A stretch of 64,000 nucleotides of DNA from Tubiluchus corallicola (Eukaryota; Animalia; Priapulida), in assembly GCA_030141605.1 (NCBI GenBank), contig JAQGDQ010000050.1:769827-833826 (forward strand), written 5' to 3'. Position 1 is the first letter of the stretch. Each line of letters begins with the position of its first letter. The notes under the pieces are model-generated. The model saw only the letters and a program-made list of their open reading frames with translations, was not told the DNA's origin and made no database searches. This document shows, piece after piece, positions 14,301 through 26,842 of this stretch. Both the position numbers and the translations under genes were made by a program.

Positions 14301-14712
14301 AATGCTATGTTATTGTGGAACTTGTGAACTGATGCTAAGAGATGTTATGAAAACTTCAGTAATCTTTCTTCACGTTTGTCTCAGGGAGGCTCATACACTC
14401 ATCGTTTATGTATTCCGTTATACACCTTTCACCTGCCAATACAAAGAAAACAAACACAAACACATAACTTTACATCGTTTTTACATCGCTTGGGGTCTGG
14501 ATTTCCAATGGAATTATCATGGTGGCAACAAAGAAATGACGAAATCACGGTTCATCAAATCTTTTACTTGTGAAAAAGATTTCTGGCACTGCTGTCATGT
14601 CAATTTTGGGATTTTTTTTAATCAGGATAAGTTTTTTGCGCTACATTCAAGAAATGTTGTAGTAATTAGTGTTTCTGTAAGTCTAACAGTTAATATGTTA
14701 ATTAATGAGTTT

Positions 14713-15449
14713 GGCGCTATTACACTTTCGCACCGCCTAGCTTTTCCTGGCCTATTGGTTCTTTTCACGCCTGCAGGCCAGAAAGCAGACCAACAGGCGT
14801 AATATACACCATATTCCCATAATATTATTGCTTTTTACACTTTATAATTCTAGATTAAAATCATACATTACTTATCGCCGGCATTACGCAAAAAGCTCCA
14901 CGTGCATAACTGTGTTTACACCACTAATGCGCAATTGCTCTCGCGCAGTGACGATGTGGCCCTTAACATGTATTTTTAGTTTCTTCGCATAATTTATGAT
15001 TATTAGGGTTGAAACCACGGGACCCAAGCTGGCATATACGAGGAAATTATTTTAGACGACTACAGTTATTTATCATTAATTTTATTTATTACTGTAGTAT
15101 TATTACTATTAGATTATAAAAAAAGTAAAGGTTTTTTCTTTATTTCGTAAATGCGATGAAGATGAAAGTGTGTCACGTGCTTTTAAGCTAGGCCCTGATA
15201 ATGCATAAACTAGTACGAAATTCGTCACGTGACTACACACACAAACAAGATGGCGCTACGCCCTGTATAGGTGTAGAACTGTGAATACAGCGTAATTATT
15301 GGTAATTATACCTAAATATATGATTAAATTACAATTAGATTAGCGGAAACATTCACTGATGACGTAAGAATAATAGAATGATGACGTACGAGCCTAAAAA
15401 CGAGTAATAACCTAGAAAAAGCTAGGCGGTGCGAAAGTGTAATAGCGCC
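14713..15449. mobile_element. Non-autonomous TIR transposon (MITE), Merlin-like, copy 1 (737 bp)
   Basis: Perfect 33-bp TIR GGCGCTATTACACTTTCGCACCGCCTAGCTTTT; 8-bp TSD ATGAGTTT (14705-14712 / 15450-15457); second copy at 56286. The superfamily is inferred from GG-NRM termini and the 8-9-bp TSD. Confidence 0.9.
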
Positions 15450-15854
15450 ATGAGTTTAAAAAGTGCATTTAGGTCTAATGCAGATGATTGCTTCACTATT
15501 ACTGAAGGTCGTGGCTCACTGATGGTCGCTACAGCTAGCGTCAAGTGATTAGTTTTGATTACATGCATTACTAGGTCTTTGTTGCTGCACGCACAACATT
15601 TTCTCCTTCTTTGGATTTGATATATTAGCCAATTCGAATCTCAAACTGCAGTACTGTGTTTGCTTTTATGGTTTCTTGAGGAAGTTTGTTCCATAGCAGC
15701 CTGTAATTATTATATTACTAGTATTACTGTATTAGGCGAAAAAACTTCCACATGCCAAGTTTACGTTTCTTGTATAGCTAAAAGCGATCGCCTGTGTTGG
15801 AGTTTTGCCTTCCGTTCATTTGATGACTGTTTTTGAGCTTGTAAGTCTCTGATT

Positions 15855-16230
15855 ATGTAAATGAAAGAAAGGGATAAAAACTACGGATGTTATTATTTAA
15901 TATATTGTAAACTACTAGTAGGTATGAATTATTGTATGAATTAAAATGCATAATTTTAAAATTGTAGAATTAAAAGATACGGAATAGACAAAAAATCAAA
16001 GCACAAAAGATCAGTAGTGATGTTCTAGCTTTATTGTACCCATAGTACATCTTAACCATAATACACATAATCATTGCTGATCTTTTGTGCTTTGATTTTT
16101 TTTGTCTGTCCACTATCTTTTAATTCCATATATTTAAAGTTATGCGTTTTACATTATTTTTTTTATTCATACCCACTAGTAATTTACAGTATATTAACCT
16201 TTGTAGCTTTTATACTTTTGTTTCATTTAT
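15855..16230. repeat. Imperfect long hairpin (foldback/MITE-like), ~165-bp arms with ~50-bp loop
   Basis: AGACAAAAAATCAAAGCACAAAAGATCAG pairs with CTGATCTTTTGTGCTTTGATTTTTT..GTCT; outer ACTAGTAGGTATGAAT pairs with ATTCATACCCACTAGT. Confidence 0.85.
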
Positions 16231-16536
16231 ATTTTCTTCATTGATGATTAGCTGTTTGTCACTGAGTCAATGAGTTGCACTACATTTAATTTTTGACTTG
16301 CGCTAGTATCGTTATTTGATTTGTACATAAACTTAGTTTAACGTATAATCTGCAACATTTTTAATAGTTTCCGTGTATTTTATTCTTTGCGCTTTCACTT
16401 TTATACTAACACTTAGACTGTAATGGAAATAACATGCATGTATGTACAGGTAAAATTTTGTAACATGACCTGATATAACACTTTCTTGAAGTCTTTATAA
16501 ATGATGCTGACTGGTTTGCCATCGTTTGCATTACAG

Positions 16537-16562
16537 ACGACCTTATCTATGAACTACCGAAG
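16537..16562 (+). CDS. Candidate 26-nt alternative first coding exon of the TRIM-NHL gene (ATG 16549, MNYR-R)
   Basis: CTGAC branch-like motif ~25 nt upstream, TTACAG acceptor, AG|GTTAGT donor. ATG AAC TAC CGA AG ends in phase 2, compatible with the 25-nt exon at 26818. Confidence 0.5.
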
Positions 16563-17073
16563 GTTAGTTGTGCAAAATTTGCCTTAAGGGCACTCAGTGT
16601 GTTCTTAAGAAGTCGGTTGACTTGTAAATGGAGTACTATTGCAGTTTTCAACAGCCAATAACCTGACCACAACTGAAGTCAGTTAAGTGGGCTTCCGATT
16701 TTCTGTGATCACGTAAAACAGACAGAATTCACGGAAATGGCAACTGAAAGAAAAATAGATGTGAAAAATGGAATCGGCCTGATTTCCAAATTTTTGAAAA
16801 TTTTAATGCGTACTATAGATATAATTTCCTTCAATTATTACTTTCCGTTAAAACTTAGCAGTTTTTAAACATTTCTTGACCTTGCTAGATGTTCTACCGC
16901 AAGTTTTATTCTTATGCAACTTGCCCACCAATTGCATCCTTTCAGTACTTTTCCCTTTACTATAGCCTGTTCTCTACAATTCAACTAAAAACAATTCAAG
17001 TTTTTTTTTATAATATTGGTGACAAGTTTGTATTGAAAGTTATACTTTGCAGATACAGTACTATCTGATTCAA

Positions 17074-17293
17074 TCTTGGCTTTTTTCAGTAAATGTTGTT
17101 ATCACGTCTAGTTATAGAACTTTGTATCAGTTGTATAATGATACCAAGCTTTATTTTTCGTTTGAAGGACCCTGCCAAAGATAGGCCAAACCACTCTTGG
17201 CTTTCTTCTGGCAAATGTTGTTATGTCTAGTCACAGTTGTGTCAGCTGTATATGATACCAAGCTCTCTTTTTTGATTGAAGGCTTCTGCCAAA
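17074..17293 (+). repeat. Diverged tandem duplication (~120-bp unit, x2)
   Basis: TCTTGGCTTT...AAATGTTGTTAT...TGATACCAAGCT...TTGAAGG...CTGCCAAA occurs twice. Confidence 0.75.
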
Positions 17294-20200
17294 CGCACGA
17301 GCAAACCAGTTCAGTTTGATTCAGTGAATCGTTTTCTGCATTGTATGTATGCTGAATTACTTTATTCTCAAAAATCTGTCAGATGTTAGCTGTTAGCCTT
17401 AGGAGTATGTGTGCTGCATTTAGAGTTTCTTGAACTTCCAGTGTAATTCAAGAAAAGAAAAAACTCCGTAACTGCCACTAAATTTGTAACTGTATTACTT
17501 GCTTAGTTTGCAGTTTAGATTGCTCCTGCGGGTTAGGACATACCTATTTTAATTACATTAGATTTTTCATCAAGTTAGGTTACAAGTGCACCTACCTCTT
17601 AATTAGGCAGCACTTGCTTAGGAGTACAGATCCGTTATGTAGCTCCACTAGCAAATAAATGGATTGGACACCATACTGTTGGCTATTGTACAGTTGTGTT
17701 AACATTATAAAGTTTGGCAAATAGTTTCATTTCTATGATGCGTCAGTATGTAATTAGAATGTTATGCATTGAGTGCTGTTTTGCTTCTTATGTTTACACG
17801 TTCAAATTGTTTTAAGTGCTAGTAGCATTTCTTGCTAATTGTCGCTGTAATTTTTGTCCTACAATTGTTAAATGGTAGTAGTGAGCGGTGAATTGTCAGG
17901 GTTTTGCAGGAAAAAATGCTACGACATTTGTTCCAGCTCTTGTAAATTTTAATTGCAAGAGCTCTTTTCACAGCACCCGTAAATTTGGATGCAAGAACTA
18001 TATAAAAAAGAGCCCGAATTTTGTCTGCAAGTAGGCACTTATTTCTTGAAACTGATGATTTTAAATTTATCTGTCATCTTTTATAAGTACTTGTCATATT
18101 ACAGTATGGACATGCAGCATGTGCAAAATGCTGATTAAGAAAAGTAAACTTGACTAAGACAGAAAACACAATGAAATTTGGCAGTTTACTACAAAGATTA
18201 ACTGGTGTGAAATGAACTTAATTCCTTGCCAGTATGTAAGACTAAATATTAACAGATTTAAGCTATTTCCTTGTTAAATTTAGATTAGGACTGGGTTAAT
18301 CTGTTGCACAACACTTCACACACAGAAACGTGTTAGCTCAGTCAACTGCGCACAATGCTAATTACCCAGGAGTCTGTCACTATAGCAACAGTCGCTGCTT
18401 GGGACAGTGAGTTGCACCTGAGAATTATATGGGGCAGTAGGCTGACTAGGCAGGCAGTGAAATTAGTCTGTGACAGACTAACATGGCTTTAGTCCATGCA
18501 TATAAAAACTACAGCTTCAGATCTCAAAGTTGTGAACACATGAGGGATTTTTGTTGCAAGTTAACGACAAATTATGAGGCTCATACTGGTGCGAACGCTA
18601 CAGTCCCTGCTTGTTGGGAAACGCTAGAGAGCAAAATCTTACACTTATTGTAATCAAAGTGATATTAAGCAATGTTAATTTAGGATCGTCAAACACTTAG
18701 TCAAACATCATAGGCGACCGATTTCCAGTTTCATCTATGTGGCCGCAATACGTCTCAATCTGCATTCAATAGTCAATGAATAATTTCTTTATTTGGGTTG
18801 ACGACTAGTGTGTGCTGTCAGAATAACTGAGATAAGAGATTGTACCAGTTCCCGTGGTTATGATGGTTGTCTCAGTTGATACAGGCGTGTCAAGACATTT
18901 TGACGCCCTAGGCTGTTCAGGCCCGCCTTTCTCTATTATGGATTTGTAATTGTTTATATATGAAGCGCAATTTAGCACATTAATAGCACTATTACCTAGT
19001 ATCTACGTGGTCATTGTTAGTGACACATATTTCCATAGCACTTATTCTAAGCTTGTGTGTACCTGTGATGTAGTATGCTTCGTGGTGTAGTACCTTTATG
19101 TTATACCTGTTATTGTACTTGTTTATTAGGTGGCGCTTATATAAAGGCTATCTCTGTAACTGCTTATGGTATTTTAAAATACACCATTATATGAATATGA
19201 AAGGATATGTGTTTTCCGAGGAGAATAAGAATTTTTGAACACTAGGCCCCTAAAATTTGGAGCCCCTCAAAATTTAGTATCCTAGGCTACAATCTAGTTA
19301 GCCTATTGGTAAATATGCCTATGGATTGTTGGTGCACCTTTTTGTTTGTCGAGCCTTTTTGCTTGAAGTTTCTTATATCTCCTGCCTTGCGGAATTGCAG
19401 GAAAGGAAAGCAGATGCTGCGGTATGCGTGATGATTGCTTACGATTGTGTAGTAACTTATGCAAGTTTACTATTTTTATACAGCGATAAAAAAGCTATTT
19501 AAATATTTCCTTGTACCTCTATTGTGATAATGAAGTTGTTTTGTAGACCACATGCTTCTGCCTGCATATTAATTATCCCAGATCTCAGTGAATTTATAAT
19601 TTAACATAACATCACCTCACTAAGCTAAAATCATCACACTAAGTGTTCTAAACTTGAGACCAATCTTCAAATTACAAAATGAATTTATGAATTTATTAAT
19701 TTATTCCACAGCTACATACAAACTGTTATTCCATTACAAAATAAAATAAACCAGTCACTGTGAGGAGGAGGAAGGAGATTAAGCCTTAAGTAAAACAGTA
19801 CAAGTTTACAGTTTTACATGTAAATCTGCTCAAAGTTATCTGCTTGTTGTTTTCTTACTAATAACTTCCATTAAAAAATTAATACGGGTCTCAGAATGAT
19901 AATTTTATTAGTTTTTCTTTGTCTCTCCTGTCAGCTTGGCTGTATTCCAACTTTCTCACATTTCCTGTCTTTCAAGTTTGGTATCAAAATTTAAGTAATT
20001 GGGGGCTTGTACCATCATTAATAAGAATCTTGATTTTAAGATTAGATAGTTAACTTCAATTACTATACTTTGTTTTATTTCTGAGTGACGTATAAGAAAA
20101 CCTGTAATTAATTACTAGTGAGTTTGCCACTCCTTTTATCTGTAGATTATGATTTCTGCAGTGCGATGTTACCAATTACAATTAAAACTGCAGTTGCATT

Positions 20201-20498
20201 TACAGTAGAACCTTACAAGTCACCCAGAGCAGTCCAACTGATTAGAGTCATTTGTGGTCATGGGAAAACTAATCTGGCAGAATAGGTACAAAACTAAGTA
20301 CTACTTCGTAACTTTGATGCTAAAATTAGAAATTTAGTTCCGCAGCTCTGGTCTGGTGTGTAATTTTTTTTATAACTCAACTATTGTAAGCATAAAGATC
20401 TAAAGTATTTTGATTTGCTTTTGGGCATTCTTGATTTCTGCATGCTAGATCAATTAATTATAATTTTTTTCATAAGCACTTAATTGCAGACTCTAATA

Positions 20499-20630
20499 CT
20501 GTAGCCCACTTTAGATGATTTACAAAGTTTGTATGGATAATTAGCTGTAGCCCAGTTTAGAAGATTTATAAAGTCTGTATGGATAATTAGCTGTAGCCCA
20601 GTTTAGAAGATTTATAAAGTTTGTATGGAT
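20499..20630 (+). repeat. 46-bp tandem repeat, ~3 copies
   Basis: CTGTAGCCCA(C/G)TTTAGA.GATTTA.AAAGT.TGTATGGATAATTAG starts at 20499, 20545 and 20591. Confidence 0.95.
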
Positions 20631-23600
20631 CATTTGATGTTCAATGTGCATAGAATAAAAATGTTCAAAATGCAATGATTTTTGGGTTTAAACAGAGTTT
20701 ATTTTAAAGGCCAATTCAAGCATTTAGCTTTCATTATGATCCCCGAAAGTTACTCCAAGTGAAGCATCTGTCTAACGCAACATATTCGCAAGATAATATA
20801 CTGTAATATGAACAAGAGGTACTTGCATATAGTGTATAAAATTATTGAAAAGTAATACTTAGGCAATTTGTAATAAAATTGACTCAGACGGATTTCATCA
20901 AGAATTTGTTATGATGGGAGTCCAAACAAAGATATGTGCACCATCTAGACACCGGTAATTTTAGCAATCTCCATACAGGACTTAAACAAGGAAATTATTC
21001 ATAATATAATATAATTTAAGCATCAATGGTTGTAGACAGATTATTAGTGTTAAGATTTAATTAAGCTGAAATTTCTTTCATGCTGAAAAGTAAGGTTGAC
21101 AAAAGATGTTGTTTTTTTTGAACAATTGTTCATGAAAATATTGTACATTGTATATTGTCTGGTAACAAAAGAAAGTGTAAAAAGGCGAAATTTTGCTGCC
21201 AGTGGTCATTGGGTCAAACTTCTAACTCCATGAAACAGGTAAATGCAGCTGTTTGGTGGTAACCTGTACCATTTTTGTGTCTTTTTAAGTTTCTCTCCTA
21301 TGTCAAAAATGTATACTGCATTTAGATAAACAAATAGGATTATGCAGTTTTTTCTTATTTTATAAATTAATTTGAATCTTATCATGTATGAATGTTCAGT
21401 GTGCAACCAAAAGTATAGAGTTAAATATCTGCAATGCTTTGTATATGTGCATGTAAAGGGCACATTTGCCTCAGGCATGTGTGTATACATAGCTGACTGG
21501 TAAAATAACAGTCTGTGTTCTTGACCCGTGAAAGTAATTGAAACATCACCTGATTTTAATTTCTAAGCCTGTTCTGCTCTTCCTCTTATTGTAGTAAGCG
21601 TTAGTGCTGTGGTTAGCGTGGTAGAAGTATTATCTGCTTTTTCATTGTGGTTTAGAAGACTGGCAAACAAAGTGTAAGTAGCAAGCATAACCATAGGTCT
21701 AGGTATTTTTTCAGTGTTTCTCATTCTCTTTTTATTGTTATTCAGTAATCAACTCAAGTCAACCAGCATTTCAATGTTAAAGTTTTTTTTTATATTCAGT
21801 GGGATTCTTTGAGGACTGGATTCATTGAGACAAGGTTTAATGGGGTACTGCTGATAACTTATGTAAAGTTGAAACAATTGCAATATTTAATTCAACTTTA
21901 GCAAAATCTGACATACATGTAAACCTTTGGGAAACATTGATTGGTGGGCAAACGTTAGCCATCTGTGTAATAGGTAGCCATTTTTGTTTTTTGAGAGTTT
22001 CTTTGACAATGTTTTAATAAATTTTGTGATTTCTTTGCTCCTATGCCACATGTTGTAAAGTTGTCAAATGAACACCTGGAAATTGTGATTGGCCCTGGTC
22101 GTAAGTGTCAAAGGCATTCTCCCAAAGGCATATACAAAAGTGTACTTTTGGTGTGATGCAGTGCAGCAGACAGTAATTTGACTGATTTACAGTATTAACC
22201 AATGAATGAACCTCAGAAGGATGCACGCAAAATATTACCTAACATCAAGGCTATCAACCCTAATGTAATATCTTTGCTCTTGAGGGGAGATATTGCAATG
22301 TGATTTAATAACATGTCAGTATCAGAAAAACTGTGTGCCAGTGCTTCAACTTACCCAGCAGACTTAGTCTTGTTTAAATGTAGGGTGTTTCAGAAGTTCC
22401 CATATCAAATTTGATTTTCACTTTTCTTTGTAGCTACTCAACCAGCAACACTCATCTTGTGGTAAACTCTTACACAACAATTAAAATTTTTTTGGGTCTA
22501 AATTTGAAGTTTCATGCTATTTTTTCTGCTACTGTGTTCACTCTAGATTAGAAGTGTAAAATATCTGCAGTGGAGGAAAGAGCCTCTGTAGTAAACCTTT
22601 AATGCAAAGTCAAGTTTGGTGCCACCAAAATTCTCATGATTCACATTTTCTGGAGGATTCTGCATTGTAAATGTAGACGTATTATATTGATGACTGATAT
22701 ATGTACACAAACTTATAAAGAATTATTGCTTTTGTTTTTTTCTGTCACAAGTTTGTTTGCATAAATTATCAGTTTTCCTGGACTGATGTGTGCAGCATTG
22801 AACCAGTCTCGGTCAATCTTACAAATGTCGATTGTAACAATATTATTTTTCAATCATACATGCAAAGTGAGTACGGCTGAACAGTTTCAGATTCTTGATT
22901 CAGATTCAGTGTGTACATGATGGCAGCTGCTCGCTCATTAGCAGTACATTGATAAAAGTGATTGCCAGGCTCGTCTCTCACCATCAGCCTGAAAAAATAT
23001 TTGTCCATGCTTTTAACTGAGACGTATGTTTGCTTATCAAGTTGGCCTTGTCAATATTAATTGCATTCGCGATTAGATGATTATGATTTGTTTTCTATGA
23101 TGTGTTTCCAACCATGCTTCTCCAGCATTGTTTACATTGACCTTATAGGCAAAGCATACAGAATGTCTTGACAATAATATTCTATGCACAATACTCTTGT
23201 CAGTACTGTTTACTGTCATTGTTTACACTGGTTACAGTGCCAAACGCTGTGCTAGTGTCTCTTTTGTGTGTGCTAAATATAACGTGTAATGATAAGTTAT
23301 GACAGCTAATAAGCATAATAAGATTAGTTAGTTAAGTGCCCAGTGCCATAAGAAAACCAGAATAATCAGAACCATCTTATGCATCTCTGCTGAAAACTTC
23401 TGCTTTTTGAATATTCCTTGCAATTAATGATATGGTATAATAGTACTCGAAGTCAAGTGATTACTTGCTTACTCGTATGTGTAATGGTGGCACTAGTGGC
23501 TTATGTTCTTCAATTAGTTCTAAAAGTGAGTGACAGCACAAATTGTATTTGCAACCTAGATGTGATGTAACGTCGTGTTATGCATCTGAAAGAAGTTTCT

Positions 23601-23977
23601 GCGTCCAGCGTTGCTTAATTTGGTATTTTTATGCAGTGCTACTCTTTTTAAGCTGACAATTGACATTCAGTGGTGGTATTTAATTACTTAGTGTAAGTGG
23701 TTGTGATAAACCGGGTACATGGCTCATTACCATGGACAATAATCTATGAGCCCATAGTAATTTTAGCAGAATTTAGCCGTGTTCGGAGAGATGTATGATA
23801 CATACTTACTCATGCTAAATAGGTAGATAGGTCAATGTGGTAGATAGCTGGTGACAACGTTTACTATTACCTTATGATTTTATCAGCAATTTTCAAAAGC
23901 TTCCCAGCAATCCATTTATTATCCCATGATAAGAATCTCATAGCCTAAAATTTCTTGCAAATTTGTCGCCTGTCCTC

Positions 23978-24635
23978 CAGAGTCGCAGACCCACTTATTT
24001 TGGGTCCGTAGAGGGTGGTTCCGCTACTGCAAAATCCTCGATCGGATCCGCGACAGAATTACGGACAAAATTTAGAATTTAATATTTAATAACTTTCAGT
24101 AAATTTAATATTTAGACAATAAGATTACTGTGTAATCCCAGCAAACAATAGTTAATAGGTGACTTCGCCGGGTCACCAAGCGGTATGAGCAGCGCCGAAT
24201 TATCCTCAAGGGTGTTATAAGCTGCAGCCTAGGGCCCCTCAAGCTTTGGCAACATTTGGTAAAAAATCAGTTTTTCACGACGGTTGTGTTGAAATTTTAT
24301 TAATTTGGTTTCCAATAAATAATAAAATAGTGGTATTTCTTAAAGAATATTAACTAACAAAAGATAGCTTTCTAGTTTATTTAAAGAATTTGATAATAAG
24401 TGTACCTGAAGCTATGTAAATGTCGCTAAAATATGTCACAAGTAAACATATTCAAGACAGGTGTGGGCGAATTAGAGGGTGGCTCCATTTGAGGGGGGGG
24501 CATAATTTCATTAGCCTAGAAGTCCCAAAAGGTCACAATCCGGCCCTGGATATGAGTCCGCGGATCTGCAAATCCGCAAAGAAAACTTGCGGATTGGAGC
24601 CACGAATACGCAAATCCACGGACAGCGCTTCTCTG
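23978..24635. mobile_element. hAT-like MITE (outer) containing a nested second MITE
   Basis: Termini CAGAGTCGC ... GCTTCTCTG; near-perfect 8-bp TSD CTGTCCTC / CTGTCCTT; TCCGC/GCGGA subterminal motifs. Confidence 0.7.
24190..24548. mobile_element. hAT-like MITE (CAGGGCCGGATT family) nested in 23978-24635
   Basis: TIR CAGCGCCGAATT ... AATCCGGCCCTG; 8-bp TSD GGTATGAG / GATATGAG. A related fragment lies at ~19240-19320. Confidence 0.75.
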
Positions 24636-26132
24636 CTGTCCTTTGCCTTGAATGAGTTGAAATTCTACCTCAAGGCTCTAGCATGAATGGGCAGGAAAAG
24701 GTTCAGTTACAGTTCAAATGATCGATTAGCTCCAGCTTCCCTGGCTTGATTGCGCATTGACGTCACGGTCGTGGTGTCTGATTCGTCAATGCTGCGCATG
24801 CCGGCAACAACATCGGATATGGATTGTCTTCAAGGTTAGGCCAATGTGAAGCCAATTGTTGCCAAATACACATTTTTGTAAGAATTTGCATTTTTTTGGA
24901 AATGAAAGCAGTGGCGTGTTTCTCTCAAGGTTAAGCAATTTCAAAAGCAATGTCGCTTGGACCTGCCTTTTTTGTCAACTGAGGTTTGGTCGTTTGAGAG
25001 TAATTTATTGTATAATTTATGATGAATTGTGTCGTTAGATGCGCCTACCTCTTTGCAGCTATTAAAATCTTAATGAGCATTGGTTGCTCGTGAAAAATTT
25101 ATGTCTGTTTCTGCAGCTTCCAGCTCATTAATTCATTGATTATTCGCTTACCAAGGGGAGATTGGTTTCTTCTCCCTGAACGTAACGTGGTGTTAAAAAA
25201 GATGCAGTTAGCGAAATGTTTTTAATGTTTTCAATTTGAAGTGGGGAGGAACTCATGTTCGGGTACTTCCTAGAAAGTCATTGAGAAGGATTTAGTAACC
25301 ATGTTTCAGCCAGTGGGAGTTAGTCGGAAGGAAGTCTGGTCTAAATTTTAAGCATCTCATTTCCTTAGTTGTAGCCAAGTTCACTTATAATTGTGGTCAA
25401 GCGTCGATCTATCGTAGACTTAGTTACAACCCCTCGGTTCTCTGCATTGGCAGTGGGCGTCTTGCACACTGAACGCCCATCGATTGATTCATAACTCAGT
25501 GCTGCAGTATAATTCGTAGTTGCTAGGTTTACATGTGATTTGGTCAGCTGACTGTGTGCAGTTATTAGGGTTCCGGTGTTGCTACGAAACAGTTAAGGGG
25601 TAGATTGACCTATAAGTGTGCCTACAGGCGTATAGACTAACGTTGCTGGTGTACTGGTTTCCGATCTTAAGTGCTTCGAGAAGCCTGACGCATTTGGTAC
25701 ATATAGTGATAATAATGATGCACCTGTGCCTGTACAGTACCTGCGTCACTAATCATTGTGTTTATTAACATCTTATCTTATAAGGACCTGACTGGGGTAC
25801 TGAATTCATAGGTCGTTTTGCAGCGCTTTTATATTTTTTCATTTATAATCTGTGCGTGTGTAACCCGCCTATCACTTCACCGAACTGCTTATTTTATGAG
25901 ACGGGTAATCTGATTTAACTGTTGAAGCACTAGTGGTGCCAAGCTTATCTCGTGTTATCAGACTATGTCAAGTTATCACATTTTGTTATAAAGCTTGTTG
26001 TTAGAGTGCAGTGCGAATAGTGCGTAGTTTTTCTACGTAAAAGCTGCTTTCACTATCATGAATTTGTCTAAATTTTACTTACTGCGGCCTCTGAAACACT
26101 GCTGAGTAAACGGTCAAGTTTACAAGACGGAT

Positions 26133-26182
26133 ATGGATACTGAACCGGAAACTACCAACACTGATAATGTTCCAGTGTCTGG
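26133..26182 (+). CDS. Candidate alternative first coding exon of the TRIM-NHL gene (MDTEPETTNTDNVPVSG)
   Basis: First ATG after an in-frame TGA (26103); GG|GTACGT donor in phase 2; joins in frame to 26818-26842 and then 39526. Confidence 0.6.
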
Positions 26183-26817
26183 GTACGTATTAGTTAAGCC
26201 TTCCTTGTCATCCTTTCCCGAACCTTTATGAGTTCGAGTGTTTCAGGTGTCGATGCGGCGCGTGGTAGTGATATCGGTACCTCGTTCGTGTTGCTGCTTC
26301 GCTTCATCTTAGTGTGCAAATTCACTCATTTATCGCACAAGAGCTAAATCGTTTATGTAAATAGAAAACGTATTTTTTATTCTATTTGCTCAGTCATACT
26401 GTATAGCAGCTATTCTGACTTTTCTGTGACCCACTGTTCCTATCAATGCTATTACTTCTGTATTGAAAATAACGTCGGGTATTTTAACCAAGAGGTTATG
26501 CTCACTGTGTGTAAATTGGGTGTGTTAATGTGTAATTTTTAAATTTGAAGTCTTTAAACTAGATTGAAACAAACTAAAATAATGTAGTACTTACTACGCT
26601 TCTCACAAAATAAGCTTTTTGTTAATAATTCCTAATACAGCATAGGAGCTGCTGATCACAGAATAATTTGCGTATGTTGTAAGTTATAATTTTTTTACGG
26701 GCTCTGCAATTCTGGTGCGGCTTTAAGGAAAAAACAGCATCATTGCGTGTAATATAAATATAATTGATATTTACTGGTATGTAGTAATACTAGTATGTGG
26801 TTTGTTTTTTGTTTCAG

Positions 26818-26842
26818 AAATGAATCAAAAGATGACACTGAT
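26818..26842 (+). CDS. 25-nt microexon of the TRIM-NHL gene (-NESKDDTD)
   Basis: Strong TTTGTTTTTTGTTTCAG acceptor and GTAAGT donor. 1+24 nt converts phase 2 to phase 0, in frame with GAA CAG ATA GCT AAA ATG at 39526. Confidence 0.68.

Noticed and set aside
14302-14802. 166-aa ORF
   Set aside because: No recognisable motif; it runs into the MITE TIR, so it is a chance ORF.
20499-20630. 46-bp repeats as a CRISPR array
   Set aside because: Units are directly adjacent with no unique spacers, there are no cas genes, and the context is a eukaryotic intron.
21203-21238. Additional TRIM mini-exon (ATG AAA CAG|GTAAAT, phase 0); similar candidate at 21800-21834
   Set aside because: Weak polypyrimidine tract or donor; such matches are expected by chance over 28 kb.
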